Both the position numbers and the translations under genes were made by a program. The notes beneath the pieces are model-generated. The model was not told the origin of the DNA and did not search any database. It worked only from the letters and a program-made list of their open reading frames with translations. DNA of 64,000 bases. Origin: Ignavibacteria bacterium (GTDB lineage Bacteria; Bacteroidota; Ignavibacteria; Kapaibacteriales; UBA2268). Each line of letters starts with the position of its first letter. Positions within the stretch are counted from its first letter, which is position 1. Below are positions 50,861-60,694 of this stretch, in pieces. The stretch spans positions 72,985 through 136,984 of the forward strand of contig JAOADV010000002.1 in the NCBI GenBank assembly GCA_026417135.1, given 5' to 3'.

Positions 50861-51256
50861 TTAAAAATCATAATCAACATAACAGTCATTAGTTAATGGT
50901 TTTGCTTGACAAGTTAAAATCAAGCCGTTTGCAATTTCTTCATCAGTTAAAGCATCGCGTATTTCCATTTCAACTTCCCCGTTATGTAATTTGGCTGCAC
51001 AAGAACTACATATTCCAACTTGGCAACTGAATGGAACATCAATATTCGCTCGTAGTGCAGCATCTAATATCGATTCGCCGGGTTCAACCCTAATTGAGTA
51101 TTCTTCTCCGAACAATTTTATTTTTACATCCTTTCTATTATCTAAACTCATTTTTAATTCGTAGTATTTGTTACAAATAAATTGTTCTTGTGAAAAAGGA
51201 AATTTATAGTTCTGAATACCTTTTTTTGGTAACCGAAATGATTCATTCCTTTTCAT
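50861..51256 (-). CDS. fdx: [2Fe-2S] plant-type ferredoxin (start uncertain; alternative ATG at ~51151 gives a canonical 97-aa protein)
   Basis: VKIKLFGEEYSIRVEPGESILDAALRANIDVPFSCQVGICSSCAAKL...LTCQAKP carries the four Cys of a plant-type 2Fe-2S ferredoxin. The track start at 51316 overlaps sufT by 55 nt. Confidence 0.7.
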   Translation of the reverse strand: MKRNESFRLPKKGIQNYKFPFSQEQFICNKYYELKMSLDNRKDVKIKLFGEEYSIRVEPGESILDAALRANIDVPFSCQVGICSSCAAKLHNGEVEMEIRDALTDEEIANGLILTCQAKPLTNDCYVDYDF

Positions 51257-51261
51257 AAATT

Positions 51262-51630
51262 CTAAAAGAGTCCTAGTTCGAATCTTGCGATGTCGCTCAT
51301 ACGACTTCTGTCCCAAGGAGGGTCGAATGTAATAAAAACCTTGGCGTCTTTGACATCTGGTATAGATTTAATCGCATTTTCTACTTCGACTGGCAAACCT
51401 TCTGCTTCAGGACAATTTGGGGCAGTTAAAGTCATTAGAACTACGACTTCATTCTGTTCGGTAATTTGTATATCATAAATTAAACCTAATTCCCAGATAT
51501 CGACTGGTATTTCTGGGTCGTATACAGTTTTGATTGCTTTTACAATTCTTTCGTATAGCTCGTTTTTAGTTTGACTTTCGGAAAGAGCTTCGTTCGAATT
51601 TTCTACGTTTTCAAAGTTTTTTTCTTCCAT
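51262..51630 (-). CDS. sufT: DUF59/MIP18-family Fe-S assembly protein (SufT-like)
   Basis: YDPEIPVDIWELGLIYDI...LTAPNCPEAE is the conserved DUF59 core with its Cys. Confidence 0.7.
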   Translation of the reverse strand: MEEKNFENVENSNEALSESQTKNELYERIVKAIKTVYDPEIPVDIWELGLIYDIQITEQNEVVVLMTLTAPNCPEAEGLPVEVENAIKSIPDVKDAKVFITFDPPWDRSRMSDIARFELGLF

Positions 51631-51649
51631 ATCCTTTTAAGATTTGTTC

Positions 51650-52084
51650 TCAAGAATTCTTTTCAATAGCATCGATAAATGTATGCCAAGGTAATGTAAC
51701 ACATTTTACACGAACTGGAAATTCCCGTACTCCAAGGAAAACTTCCAGCTTCCCTAAGTTTTGGGTGTCGATTTTTTTATCGATTTCCGATGTTATTGCT
51801 GTATGGAAGTCATTGAAAATTTGCTTTGCTTCTTCTATCGTCTTCCCTTTTAGTATTGTAGTCATAATTGATGCGGAAGATTTCGAAATTGCACACCCAA
51901 CGCCGCTAAATTTAACATCGACAATGACATTGTCTTTGACAATTAAATAAAGCTCAATGTAGTCCCCGCACAATGGATTATGGCCCACAGCTTTGTGTGT
52001 TGCATTGCTCAATTCCCCGAAATTTCTTGGGTTTCTGTTGTGGTCGAGTATTATTTCTTGATAAAGTAAATCAGAACTTTCCAT
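51650..52084 (-). CDS. sufU: SUF-system NifU-family sulfur-transfer/scaffold protein SufU
   Basis: Three conserved Cys (NPLCGD, GVGCAISKSSAS, VKCVTLPW) with a SufU-type insertion. 144 aa. 2-nt gap after sufS. Confidence 0.8.
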   Translation of the reverse strand: MESSDLLYQEIILDHNRNPRNFGELSNATHKAVGHNPLCGDYIELYLIVKDNVIVDVKFSGVGCAISKSSASIMTTILKGKTIEEAKQIFNDFHTAITSEIDKKIDTQNLGKLEVFLGVREFPVRVKCVTLPWHTFIDAIEKNS

Positions 52085-52086
52085 AT

Positions 52087-53346
52087 TTAGTTAAATTTTT
52101 TTATAATTTTCTTTAAGGAATTTATAAGAATATCGATTTCTTCTTTAGTGTTGTAAAAAGCAAAGGATACGCGCGATGTTGCAGGGACTTTAAAAAATTG
52201 CATAACTGGTTGAGTGCAATGGTGGCCAGTTCGTATAGCGATACCATCCAAATCCAACAAAGTACCTATATCGTGGGGATGAATATTGTCGATTACGAAA
52301 GAAATCAAGCAAGATTTATTTTTGGCATTTCCAATTATTTTCAATTGTGGAATTTCTTGCATTCGTTCCGTGCAATAATCGAGTAGTTCCAACTCGTAAT
52401 TAAGAATATTGTCTAATCCTAGATTTTGAACATATCTTATAGCCGATGCTAATCCGATGGCACCTTCGATATGTTGAGTTCCAGCTTCGAATTTATGTGG
52501 AAGTGAATTGTAAACAATTTTATCGAAAGATACTGAGAGTATCATATCGCCGCCCCCTTGATATGGTGGCATCGATTCAAGAAGATGTTTTTTCCCGTAG
52601 AGGATGCCAATCCCAGTGGGTCCGTAAATTTTGTGTCCAGAAAATACAAAAAAATCGCAATCAAGTTCTTGAACGTCAATAGGCAAATGTGGTACCGATT
52701 GGGCGCCATCAATAAGAACGACTGCACCATACTGTTTAGCCTTATCTATAATCTCTTTGATTGGATTTATTGTCCCCAAAGAGTTTGATATATGCACGAA
52801 GGCAACCAATTTTGTCCTTTCGCTCAAAAGCTTTTCGTATTCCTCGAAGATAATTTCTCCATTCTCATTTATTGGTACTACTTTAAGTTTCAGACCAAAT
52901 TGTTCAGAAATCATATACCAAGGAACTATGTTTGAATGATGCTCCATATAAGAAATAACGATTTCATCACCTTCCCGAAGAAACGAGCTGGCAAAAGATT
53001 TGGCAACAAGATTTATAGATTCGGTTGCTCCGCGAGTGAAAATAATTTCATCTTCGAATTTTGCATTAATAAACGATTTGACTATGCGCCGAGCACATTC
53101 AAATTCGGTCGTTGATGCTTGACTTAAATAATGAACTCCGCGGTGAATGTTGCTATTAAGATGCGAGTAAAAGTGTGTTATTGTTTCAATAACTTGTTTT
53201 GGTTTTTGTGTAGTCGCAGCATTGTCAAAATAGATTAATGGCTTATTATGAACGGTTCGGGAAAGGATGGGAAAGTCTTTCCGAATGTTGTAAACATCGA
53301 AGGTTTTTTTCTTTTCAACACGAAACTCTAATTTATCCACATTCAC
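52087..53346 (-). CDS. sufS: cysteine desulfurase SufS (group II)
   Basis: PLP-lysine motif SGHKIYGPTGIGILYGK. Active-site Cys loop RTGHHCTQP. 419 aa. Confidence 0.9.
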   Translation of the reverse strand: MNVDKLEFRVEKKKTFDVYNIRKDFPILSRTVHNKPLIYFDNAATTQKPKQVIETITHFYSHLNSNIHRGVHYLSQASTTEFECARRIVKSFINAKFEDEIIFTRGATESINLVAKSFASSFLREGDEIVISYMEHHSNIVPWYMISEQFGLKLKVVPINENGEIIFEEYEKLLSERTKLVAFVHISNSLGTINPIKEIIDKAKQYGAVVLIDGAQSVPHLPIDVQELDCDFFVFSGHKIYGPTGIGILYGKKHLLESMPPYQGGGDMILSVSFDKIVYNSLPHKFEAGTQHIEGAIGLASAIRYVQNLGLDNILNYELELLDYCTERMQEIPQLKIIGNAKNKSCLISFVIDNIHPHDIGTLLDLDGIAIRTGHHCTQPVMQFFKVPATSRVSFAFYNTKEEIDILINSLKKIIKKFN

Positions 53347-53352
53347 CTCGAA

Positions 53353-54705
53353 CTAAGAATCTTTCGATACATTCAGAATAGAATCGCAGAAAAAGATATC
53401 TTGAAGGTTTAACTTTTCTGCCAATTTTTGCTTAATGAAGTCCCGTAACTCGTTGAATTTAATTTTTTCAATATTTTCAGAAACAAAGGAATTAAGTAGT
53501 AAGGATTTTGCCTTGATATGTGATACTCCACGAGATTTTAGATAGAATAGCATATCTTGGTCGAGATAACCTGCGGTAGCACCGTGTGTGCATTTCACGT
53601 CGTCGGCATAAATTTCGAGTTGTGGCCTTGTATGGATTCGAGCCTCGTCGGATAGCAATATGTTTTTATTCGATTGATATGCGTTGGTTTTTTGGGCATC
53701 TCTTTCAACATATATTTTGCCGGTGAACACAGCTTTACCACGTCCTTCGAGAATACCGCGAAAATTTTCGTCAGAGATACAATTTGGATTATCGTGCATA
53801 ATTAAAGTATGATTATCTACAAAGTTTCCGGTATCGACAAAATAAATACCATTTAGTTTTACCGAGCCATACTGCCCTTCGAAAGCAATGTTTAAATTAT
53901 TTCGAACAAATTCACTATGTAAAGTAATAGTATTCGAATCGAAAGATGAGTTTTGGCTAAGTTGAACATTGACATTATTAACTGTTATCAAATTTTTTAA
54001 ATCAGTTTGCAATATGTTGAGTTCTAAATTCGAATTTTTGCCAACATTAATATTCAAAGTTTCGTTGCCTAAAACTTTAGAATTTGATTCATTGACAAAT
54101 ATAACGGTGATATTCGCCGATGAATTTTCTTCTAATTTAATAAAATTAAAAGAACTTGAAATGAAAGGGGTTTCGGAAGAATAGCCCAAAATTATGATAA
54201 TTGGTTGGACGAAATTAGTGTTCGAAGGTACAGTTATGTATAAACCTTCTGTAAACATTGCAAAATTCAAATAGATGAAAGGGTTACTATTGTTGTAGAA
54301 TTTGTTATAATCGTCGATAGCTTCTTTGCTAAGACCGTTTTCGAAGGCAGAGTTAATAGTTGTAACTAAAAGGTTGTCGCTGGCTAACACCGCAGAACCT
54401 TCGATGAATTTACCATTAAAAATAGGAAGAATTGTTGAGGGAGACCCATTAAGGAAAGAAAGAACCGAGTCCGCAACTATTTGAGTTAATTGAGGTCTTT
54501 CGAATGAAAAGGAAAATGGGATGTCATTTAAAAAAGTCATATTGGTATACTTCCAATCTTCGTTTTTAAATGTGGGAATTCCTAATTTTAAGAATTTTTC
54601 GAGATTGTTTCTTCGAAATTCAATTATTTCTTTATTGGAAAAGGAGGAAGACAATATATTAAATTCTGAATGTAATAATTCATCTATTTTATTTATCAAG
54701 CTCAT
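53353..54705 (-). CDS. sufD: Fe-S cluster assembly protein SufD
   Basis: 450 aa, beta-helix-like. Positioned between sufC and sufS. C-terminal region similar to SufB (RGxxHxxGATAGYLDQD). Confidence 0.75.
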   Translation of the reverse strand: MSLINKIDELLHSEFNILSSSFSNKEIIEFRRNNLEKFLKLGIPTFKNEDWKYTNMTFLNDIPFSFSFERPQLTQIVADSVLSFLNGSPSTILPIFNGKFIEGSAVLASDNLLVTTINSAFENGLSKEAIDDYNKFYNNSNPFIYLNFAMFTEGLYITVPSNTNFVQPIIIILGYSSETPFISSSFNFIKLEENSSANITVIFVNESNSKVLGNETLNINVGKNSNLELNILQTDLKNLITVNNVNVQLSQNSSFDSNTITLHSEFVRNNLNIAFEGQYGSVKLNGIYFVDTGNFVDNHTLIMHDNPNCISDENFRGILEGRGKAVFTGKIYVERDAQKTNAYQSNKNILLSDEARIHTRPQLEIYADDVKCTHGATAGYLDQDMLFYLKSRGVSHIKAKSLLLNSFVSENIEKIKFNELRDFIKQKLAEKLNLQDIFFCDSILNVSKDS

Positions 54706-54714
54706 AACTCACCC

Positions 54715-55479
54715 TTAGTTTTTATTGCTGTTTCCATTTTTCAACCAATCGTAACCTTTTGCTTCCAGTTCATAAGCAAGACTTTTGTCGCCGGTGGTAA
54801 CTATTTGTCCATCATACATTATGTGAACAAAATCGGGAACAATGTAATTTAAAATTCTTTGATAATGTGTGATAATCAAGAAGGAGCGATTTTCGGTACG
54901 CAAGGCATTTACTCCATTAGCAACGACTTTGATAGCATCGATGTCTAAGCCAGAGTCAGTTTCGTCCAAGATGGCAAGTTTTGGGTCGAGTAGGGCGAGC
55001 TGGAATATTTCGTTTCGTTTTTTTTCACCGCCAGAAAAACCTTCGTTTACATTTCGATTTAGGAAAGAAGGGTCTAATCCAACTAATTGTGCTTTTTCTC
55101 GCATTAATTGCAAAAAGTCGTAAGCATCGAGAGGTTCTAATCCTCTAAACTTTCGAATTTCGTTGACAGCCGTTTTCATAAAGTTTGCATTAGTTACACC
55201 GGGAATTTCTATAGGATATTGAAATGCCATAAATAAACCTTCCCGCGCACGCTCTTCTGGTTCCATCTCCAAAAGATTTTTTCCATCGAACTCGATTGAC
55301 CCGTCTATAATTTCGTATCCCGGTTTTCCAGCTAGGACATTTGCAAGAGTACTTTTACCAGTTCCGTTCGGACCCATAATAGCGTGTATTTCGCCTAAAT
55401 TTACAGACAGATTTAAGCCTTTGAGAATCAAATTCCCATTAACTTTAACTTTCAGATTTTCAATTTTTAGCACATTCAT
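54715..55479 (-). CDS. sufC: Fe-S cluster assembly ATPase SufC
   Basis: Walker [13 protein letters not shown] signature [11 protein letters not shown]. Walker [14 protein letters not shown]-loop ITHY. 254 aa. Confidence 0.92.
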   Translation of the reverse strand: MNVLKIENLKVKVNGNLILKGLNLSVNLGEIHAIMGPNGTGKSTLANVLAGKPGYEIIDGSIEFDGKNLLEMEPEERAREGLFMAFQYPIEIPGVTNANFMKTAVNEIRKFRGLEPLDAYDFLQLMREKAQLVGLDPSFLNRNVNEGFSGGEKKRNEIFQLALLDPKLAILDETDSGLDIDAIKVVANGVNALRTENRSFLIITHYQRILNYIVPDFVHIMYDGQIVTTGDKSLAYELEAKGYDWLKNGNSNKN

Positions 55480-55494
55480 AATTACACCTTAATT

Positions 55495-56937
55495 TTATCC
55501 AACACTTCCTTCCAGACTTACAGCGAGCAACTTTTGTGCTTCGACTGCAAATTCCATTGGCAAATTGTTTAAAACCTCTCGTGTGAAGCCATTAACAATT
55601 AATTCAATTGCATCTTCTTTGGAGATCCCCCTTTGGTTACAATAAAACATAATTTCTTCACTTATTTTCGAGGTTGTGGCTTCGTGTTCGACAATCGAAT
55701 TATTATTTTGAACATCTATATATGGAAAAGTATGAGCACCACATTTATCTCCTAAAAGGAGTGAATCACATTGGGAAAAGTTTCTTGCGTTTGCTGCTTT
55801 CTTAGAAATTTGGACTAATCCACGATAGCTATTATTGCTGTAACCTGCGGCAATACCCTTTGACACTATTCTGCTTTTTGTATTCTTTCCGATATGTATC
55901 ATTTTTGTTCCAGTGTCAGCTTGTTGATAGTTATTAGTAACGGCGATTGAGTAAAATTCACCAGTTGAATTATCGCCTTTTAATATACAGGATGGATACT
56001 TCCAAGTAATAGCCGAACCAGTTTCGACTTGAGTCCAAGAAATTTTAGAATTTTCACCTAAACAGATTCCTCGTTTGGTTACGAAGTTGTAGATACCACC
56101 TTTTCCTTGTTTGTCGCCGGGAAACCAATTTTGTACTGTTGAATATTTAATCTCGGCATTTTTTAGTGCAATAAGTTCGACGACAGCTGCATGAAGTTGG
56201 TTTTCGTCTCTGATTGGTGCGGTACAACCTTCGAGGTAACTAACGTAACTTCCTTCGTCGGCAATAATCAAAGTACGTTCGAATTGACCAGTTTCTGATG
56301 CATTAATCCGAAAATAGGTAGAAAGTTCCATCGGGCAACGCACTCCTTTTGGTATATAAACAAATGAACCATCACTAAAAACAGCAGAGTTTAAAGCTGC
56401 AAAGAAGTTGTCGGTATATGGTACAACGGTACCAAGATACTTTTGAACCAAATCGGGATAATTTCTTATTGCTTCATTTATCGAACAAAATATAATTCCC
56501 AACTCTTCAAGTTTTTCTTTAAATGTAGTTGCAACAGAAACACTATCAAGAACAGCATCGACCGCTACACCAGCTAAACGTTCACGTTCCCGCAAAGGTA
56601 TTCCAAGCTTTTCAAAGGTTTTTAAAATTTCTGGGTCTACTTCTTCTAAGGATTTAGGTTTTTCTTGGTGTTTTTTTGGAGCGGCGTAGTAATGAATATC
56701 TTGATAATCGATTGGTGGATATTGGACTTTTGCCCAATGAGGTTCTTGCATCGATTGCCAATGGCGAAATGCTCGAAGTCGCCATTCTAACATAAATGGT
56801 GGTTCTTTTTTCTTTTCCCAAATGAACCGAATGATATCTTCATTTAAACCTTTTGGAGCATATTCTTGTTCAATTTGGGTAATAAAACCATATTTATACT
56901 CACTTTCGGTAACTTCCTTTAAAATTTCATTTTCCAT
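55495..56937 (-). CDS. sufB: Fe-S cluster assembly scaffold SufB
   Basis: 480 aa. Conserved SufB C-terminal blocks ([57 protein letters not shown]). Confidence 0.92.
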   Translation of the reverse strand: MENEILKEVTESEYKYGFITQIEQEYAPKGLNEDIIRFIWEKKKEPPFMLEWRLRAFRHWQSMQEPHWAKVQYPPIDYQDIHYYAAPKKHQEKPKSLEEVDPEILKTFEKLGIPLRERERLAGVAVDAVLDSVSVATTFKEKLEELGIIFCSINEAIRNYPDLVQKYLGTVVPYTDNFFAALNSAVFSDGSFVYIPKGVRCPMELSTYFRINASETGQFERTLIIADEGSYVSYLEGCTAPIRDENQLHAAVVELIALKNAEIKYSTVQNWFPGDKQGKGGIYNFVTKRGICLGENSKISWTQVETGSAITWKYPSCILKGDNSTGEFYSIAVTNNYQQADTGTKMIHIGKNTKSRIVSKGIAAGYSNNSYRGLVQISKKAANARNFSQCDSLLLGDKCGAHTFPYIDVQNNNSIVEHEATTSKISEEIMFYCNQRGISKEDAIELIVNGFTREVLNNLPMEFAVEAQKLLAVSLEGSVG

Positions 56938-56970
56938 AAATATACCCTTTCAGTTAAATTATTAAATTCA

Positions 56971-57414
56971 TTAACAATCTAAATTTGCGACATCGAATTT
57001 TGTGCTCTTGAAGTCTTTTAATAAGTCTTCCAAAGTTGTGGACCTAATAAGTTCGAAGATTTTTGATTGAAGCTCTAACAATGGATTTTTGATGTTACAG
57101 TAGTTATATCTTTCGCAAGATGCTTCAAGACCATCGACGCAATCGACAACAGAGGCATTTTCGTCAAGGGCATCAATTATATCGGAAAAATGAATTTCAG
57201 ATGGTTTTTTTGCCAAATGATATCCACCTTTTATGCCATAATTTGCAATTACGATTCCAGACCTTGCAAGTTGTTGTAATGTTTTCGAAAGAAATTCGTA
57301 AGGAATTTTCAACTTTATAGAAAGTTCCCTTGCAGAAATTGGAGTATTTTGGTGTAAACCTAAAAATTGTAGAGTTCCCAAAGCATACTCAATTTTTTTC
57401 GAAAATCTTATCAT
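56971..57414 (-). CDS. Rrf2-family transcriptional regulator (IscR/SufR-like, three-Cys Fe-S-sensing type)
   Basis: MIRFSKKIEYALGTLQFL... wHTH. Cys cluster DCVDGLEASCERYNYC (C-x7-C-x5-C). The track start at 57432 adds 6 non-conserved residues. It is the first gene of the SUF operon. Confidence 0.8.
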   Translation of the reverse strand: MIRFSKKIEYALGTLQFLGLHQNTPISARELSIKLKIPYEFLSKTLQQLARSGIVIANYGIKGGYHLAKKPSEIHFSDIIDALDENASVVDCVDGLEASCERYNYCNIKNPLLELQSKIFELIRSTTLEDLLKDFKSTKFDVANLDC

Positions 57415-57454
57415 AAATACAAAATATTTCAAAATGAACTTAACGAAATTAAAA

Positions 57455-57475
57455 TACGATTATTTTAATCGTATA
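57455..57475. promoter_or_regulatory. 21-bp palindrome ATACGATTA-ttt-TAATCGTAT upstream of the Rrf2/suf operon; candidate Rrf2 operator
   Basis: 9-bp arms are perfect reverse complements with a 3-nt spacer, located ~40-60 nt upstream of the Rrf2 start in a divergent promoter region. Coordinates are +/- 2 nt. Confidence 0.35.
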
Positions 57476-57609
57476 TTTAAAATTTATAACTCTTTTCGGT
57501 TGTCTTCGCATTAATGTTTAAAGAAAAGGTATGCTTTAAATTTGTCTTGCTAATTATCTTGTAAAAAATTTAATTGGATTTAATTCGTGTCATAGTTTTT
57601 TCGATGTTT

Positions 57610-58203
57610 ATGATCGAATATGTAACTGTTTTTTGTGCCTCAAGTAGTCGTATCGATAAGTATTATCTCGATTCGGCTTATGAATTGGGAAATCTACTTG
57701 CAAAGAAAGGAAAAACAATTGTATATGGGGGTGGTAAGATAGGGTTGATGGGGAGACTTGCCGATGGAGTTTTGGATTCGGGTGGCACAATAATTGGCGT
57801 AATACCGAAATTTATGCAGAAGTATGAACTTGGAAATAACAATATTTCCAAGTTAATCCAAGTGAATACTTTGCACGAAAGGGAAGAGTTAATGATAAAA
57901 AAGGCTGATGCTATTGTTGCTTTACCTGGTGGTTGTGGGACAATCGAGGAATTGTTGCAATCTATTACTTGGAAAAGGCTAAAGCTTATACCAACTCCGA
58001 TTATCATTGCAAATTTAAAAAATTACTTTAGTCCACTTATCCAGCAATTGAATCGGGCTGTCGATGAAAATTTTATGAGAGAAGAACATAGAAAATTGTG
58101 GGATGTTGCCGAAAATATTCCTGAAGTTTTGGATTTAATTGACTATTACGACAAGAACTTTAACAAAATTAGAATGATAGATGTCCTTCCTAACGTAACT
58201 TAA
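57610..58203 (+). CDS. LOG-family protein (cytokinin riboside 5'-monophosphate phosphoribohydrolase / TIGR00730)
   Basis: MIEYVTVFCASSSR...VYGGGKIGLMG...PGGCGTIEEL motifs. The start is taken at the internal Met that matches family N-termini. Confidence 0.8.
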   Translation: MIEYVTVFCASSSRIDKYYLDSAYELGNLLAKKGKTIVYGGGKIGLMGRLADGVLDSGGTIIGVIPKFMQKYELGNNNISKLIQVNTLHEREELMIKKADAIVALPGGCGTIEELLQSITWKRLKLIPTPIIIANLKNYFSPLIQQLNRAVDENFMREEHRKLWDVAENIPEVLDLIDYYDKNFNKIRMIDVLPNVT

Positions 58204-58229
58204 TTTTCTACATTGAATTTTAACTTGAA

Positions 58230-58589
58230 ATGCCCGATAATAGTTATCCAAAAAACGAAAAACAATTTGATTTTTTCGAAAAGGTTTTCGAGGTGGTCCG
58301 GCAAATTCCAAAAGGTAAGGTAACAACATACGGTCATATTGCACGAGCCTTGGGAATAAAAGGCTCGGCATTAATGGTGGGCTGGGCGCTAAACTCTTTA
58401 GCAAATCAAGTAACAGATGTTCCTTGTCATAGAGTAGTTAATAGGCGAGGGGAACTTACCGGTTGGCGGTATTTCCCAACGCCAAACTTTATGAAGGAGA
58501 TGCTAATTTCAGAAGGAGTTTCTTTTATCGGTGATTGTGTTAATCTCGAAAAACACCTTTGGGTACCGCAAATTGAAGATTTCATTTAA
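58230..58589 (+). CDS. MGMT-family protein (methylated-DNA-protein-cysteine methyltransferase DNA-binding domain, stand-alone)
   Basis: HTH TYGHIARALG and the active-site-like PCHRVVN motif. 119 aa. Confidence 0.7.
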   Translation: MPDNSYPKNEKQFDFFEKVFEVVRQIPKGKVTTYGHIARALGIKGSALMVGWALNSLANQVTDVPCHRVVNRRGELTGWRYFPTPNFMKEMLISEGVSFIGDCVNLEKHLWVPQIEDFI

Positions 58590-58702
58590 CAAACCAAGAG
58601 CAGAAAATCAATTGAACGGAATATTCAAGCTTAGTTGTGATAATTTTTTCCTTTCAATACTTTAATATTCAAATATTTTATTCGTTTTAAACATTTTAAA
58701 TT

Positions 58703-60673
58703 TTGAGTAAAATGAAAAAACGAACAATTATATCATTATGGCTCATTGTTTATTCATTCTTAATTTTAAACATATTAAAAGCTGAGGTCTCGAATCAACA
58801 TTTCGCGTGGAAGGCTACTTCCTCTCGGACATTTGTAAATCGGGGTGATACTTTTAACATACGCTTGGACTTCGAGTTCGAAAAAGGGTGGTACACTTAT
58901 GATTTGGTCGAACAAGTTGGTCCAGAGGGTTTAGGTCCACAGAAAACGGAAATTGCTTTTTCCCCGCAAAAAATTTTCAAATTGAATGGGAAAATAAAAA
59001 CTCCGAAGCCAGTTATTAAATATGATAGTGCCTTTCAGATGAAAGTTCGCTCATTTTCTGGTAAATTTAGTTTCACAATCCCATTGCTAAGCCAACAAGA
59101 TATAGACTTTTCGAAGGAAAAAGTATATGTCGAAGTTTATTTACAGCAGTGCAGGGAGGAACTTTGTTTGCCTGCTCTTGAATTCAAAACAGTTGTTGTT
59201 CCACCTTTAACACAAAACGGCAATTTGCTAACTACGAAAAATGAAGATTCTGTTAGTGTTGATATTGTAAGGCAAGAAACAGAAGTACCTTCTGAAACAA
59301 TTTCAAATGATATAAATACAGAAATCGAGACTGCAAAAAAGCAGGGACTTCTTGCTTACTTGTTATTTGCAATGGGTGCTGGGGCATTAGCATTGCTGAC
59401 ACCTTGTGTTTTTCCTATGATACCAATAACTGTATCCTTTTTTACTAAGAGGGCGGAAAGAAATCCGGGCAAAAGTCTTCGTGATTCCATAATTTATGGG
59501 CTTGGGATTATTTTAACTTTTACTACTCTTGGTCTTCTTCTTGCAATTCTCTTTGGTGCAACTGGGATACAAGATTTTGCTACAAGTCCTATACTCAACA
59601 TTGGACTTGCACTGCTCTTTATTGTCTTTGCCTTTAATCTTTTTGGTGCATTTGAGTTCCAACTGCCCACTTCTTGGGTGAACGCTTTGAATGTTAAAAG
59701 CCAGTCTGGTAGTGGTATTTTTAGTGTTTTACTAATGGGTTTAACCTTTTCTTTGACAACATTTACTTGTACGGTACCGTTTGTTGGATTGGCTTTAGTT
59801 TCTGCTGCAAGTGGGGAATGGTTCTATCCGATTGTTGGTATGCTCGGTTTTTCGTTTGTATTTGCAATTCCCTTCTTTTTATTGGCACTTTTTCCCGGGT
59901 TTATATCGAAACTCCCTCGCTCTGGTGTATGGATGAACAATATCAAAGGAGTAATGGGATTCCTTGTTATTGCTGTTTCCTTGAAATTTATTAGCAATGC
60001 CAGTGTGATTTGGGATGTTAATATTTTACCACGAGAATTGTTTCTGAGTATTTGGATAGGAATAGGAATTCTTATTACTCTATATATACTTGGGGTTTTT
60101 AGACTTAAACACGACACTCCAATCGAAAGTATTGGGACGATGCGCATTCTTTTTGCAATTGCTTTTATTTCAATTAGTGTTTATTTGCTTGCAGGTTTGT
60201 TTGGGATGAGGTTAGGTGAACTCGAGGCATTTCTTCCTGCATCAAAATCTGAAAGTGTTGTCCCGAGCGGACAAAGTACTCTTCAAACTTCAAATACAGC
60301 AAATCTATCGGCAAAGGCTGGGTGGTTTGATAATTATGAAGAAGCTTTAAAAGTTGCATCTTCTGAAAATAAGCCTATCTTTATTGATTTTAGTGGATTT
60401 ACTTGTACAAATTGTAAGTGGATGGAAACTAATATGTTTACAGAACCAGAGGTTCGTAACCTTTTGAAGGATATGGTAAAAGTTCGCTTATTCACCGATA
60501 AGAAGGAAGAACCTTATATTTCCAATCGTGAAATGCAAATGAAGAGATTTAAAACAATTTCAATACCTTTGTATGTAATTCAGACTCACGATGAAAAAGT
60601 TATTGCCACAAGCTCTTTTACGCGTGATAAGAAGCAATTTCTTGATTTTCTTAAAAAAGCATATAGCTTTTGA
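58703..60673 (+). CDS. dsbD: thiol:disulfide interchange protein DsbD (three-domain)
   Basis: Signal peptide plus a DsbD-alpha-like N-domain (CREELC). An 8-TM core with the conserved Cys pair (LTPCVFPMIP, FTCTVPF). C-terminal thioredoxin domain FTCTNCKWME (CxxC). Confidence 0.75.
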   Translation: MSKMKKRTIISLWLIVYSFLILNILKAEVSNQHFAWKATSSRTFVNRGDTFNIRLDFEFEKGWYTYDLVEQVGPEGLGPQKTEIAFSPQKIFKLNGKIKTPKPVIKYDSAFQMKVRSFSGKFSFTIPLLSQQDIDFSKEKVYVEVYLQQCREELCLPALEFKTVVVPPLTQNGNLLTTKNEDSVSVDIVRQETEVPSETISNDINTEIETAKKQGLLAYLLFAMGAGALALLTPCVFPMIPITVSFFTKRAERNPGKSLRDSIIYGLGIILTFTTLGLLLAILFGATGIQDFATSPILNIGLALLFIVFAFNLFGAFEFQLPTSWVNALNVKSQSGSGIFSVLLMGLTFSLTTFTCTVPFVGLALVSAASGEWFYPIVGMLGFSFVFAIPFFLLALFPGFISKLPRSGVWMNNIKGVMGFLVIAVSLKFISNASVIWDVNILPRELFLSIWIGIGILITLYILGVFRLKHDTPIESIGTMRILFAIAFISISVYLLAGLFGMRLGELEAFLPASKSESVVPSGQSTLQTSNTANLSAKAGWFDNYEEALKVASSENKPIFIDFSGFTCTNCKWMETNMFTEPEVRNLLKDMVKVRLFTDKKEEPYISNREMQMKRFKTISIPLYVIQTHDEKVIATSSFTRDKKQFLDFLKKAYSF

Positions 60674-60694
60674 ATTAACAAATTCTTTTAGAAA

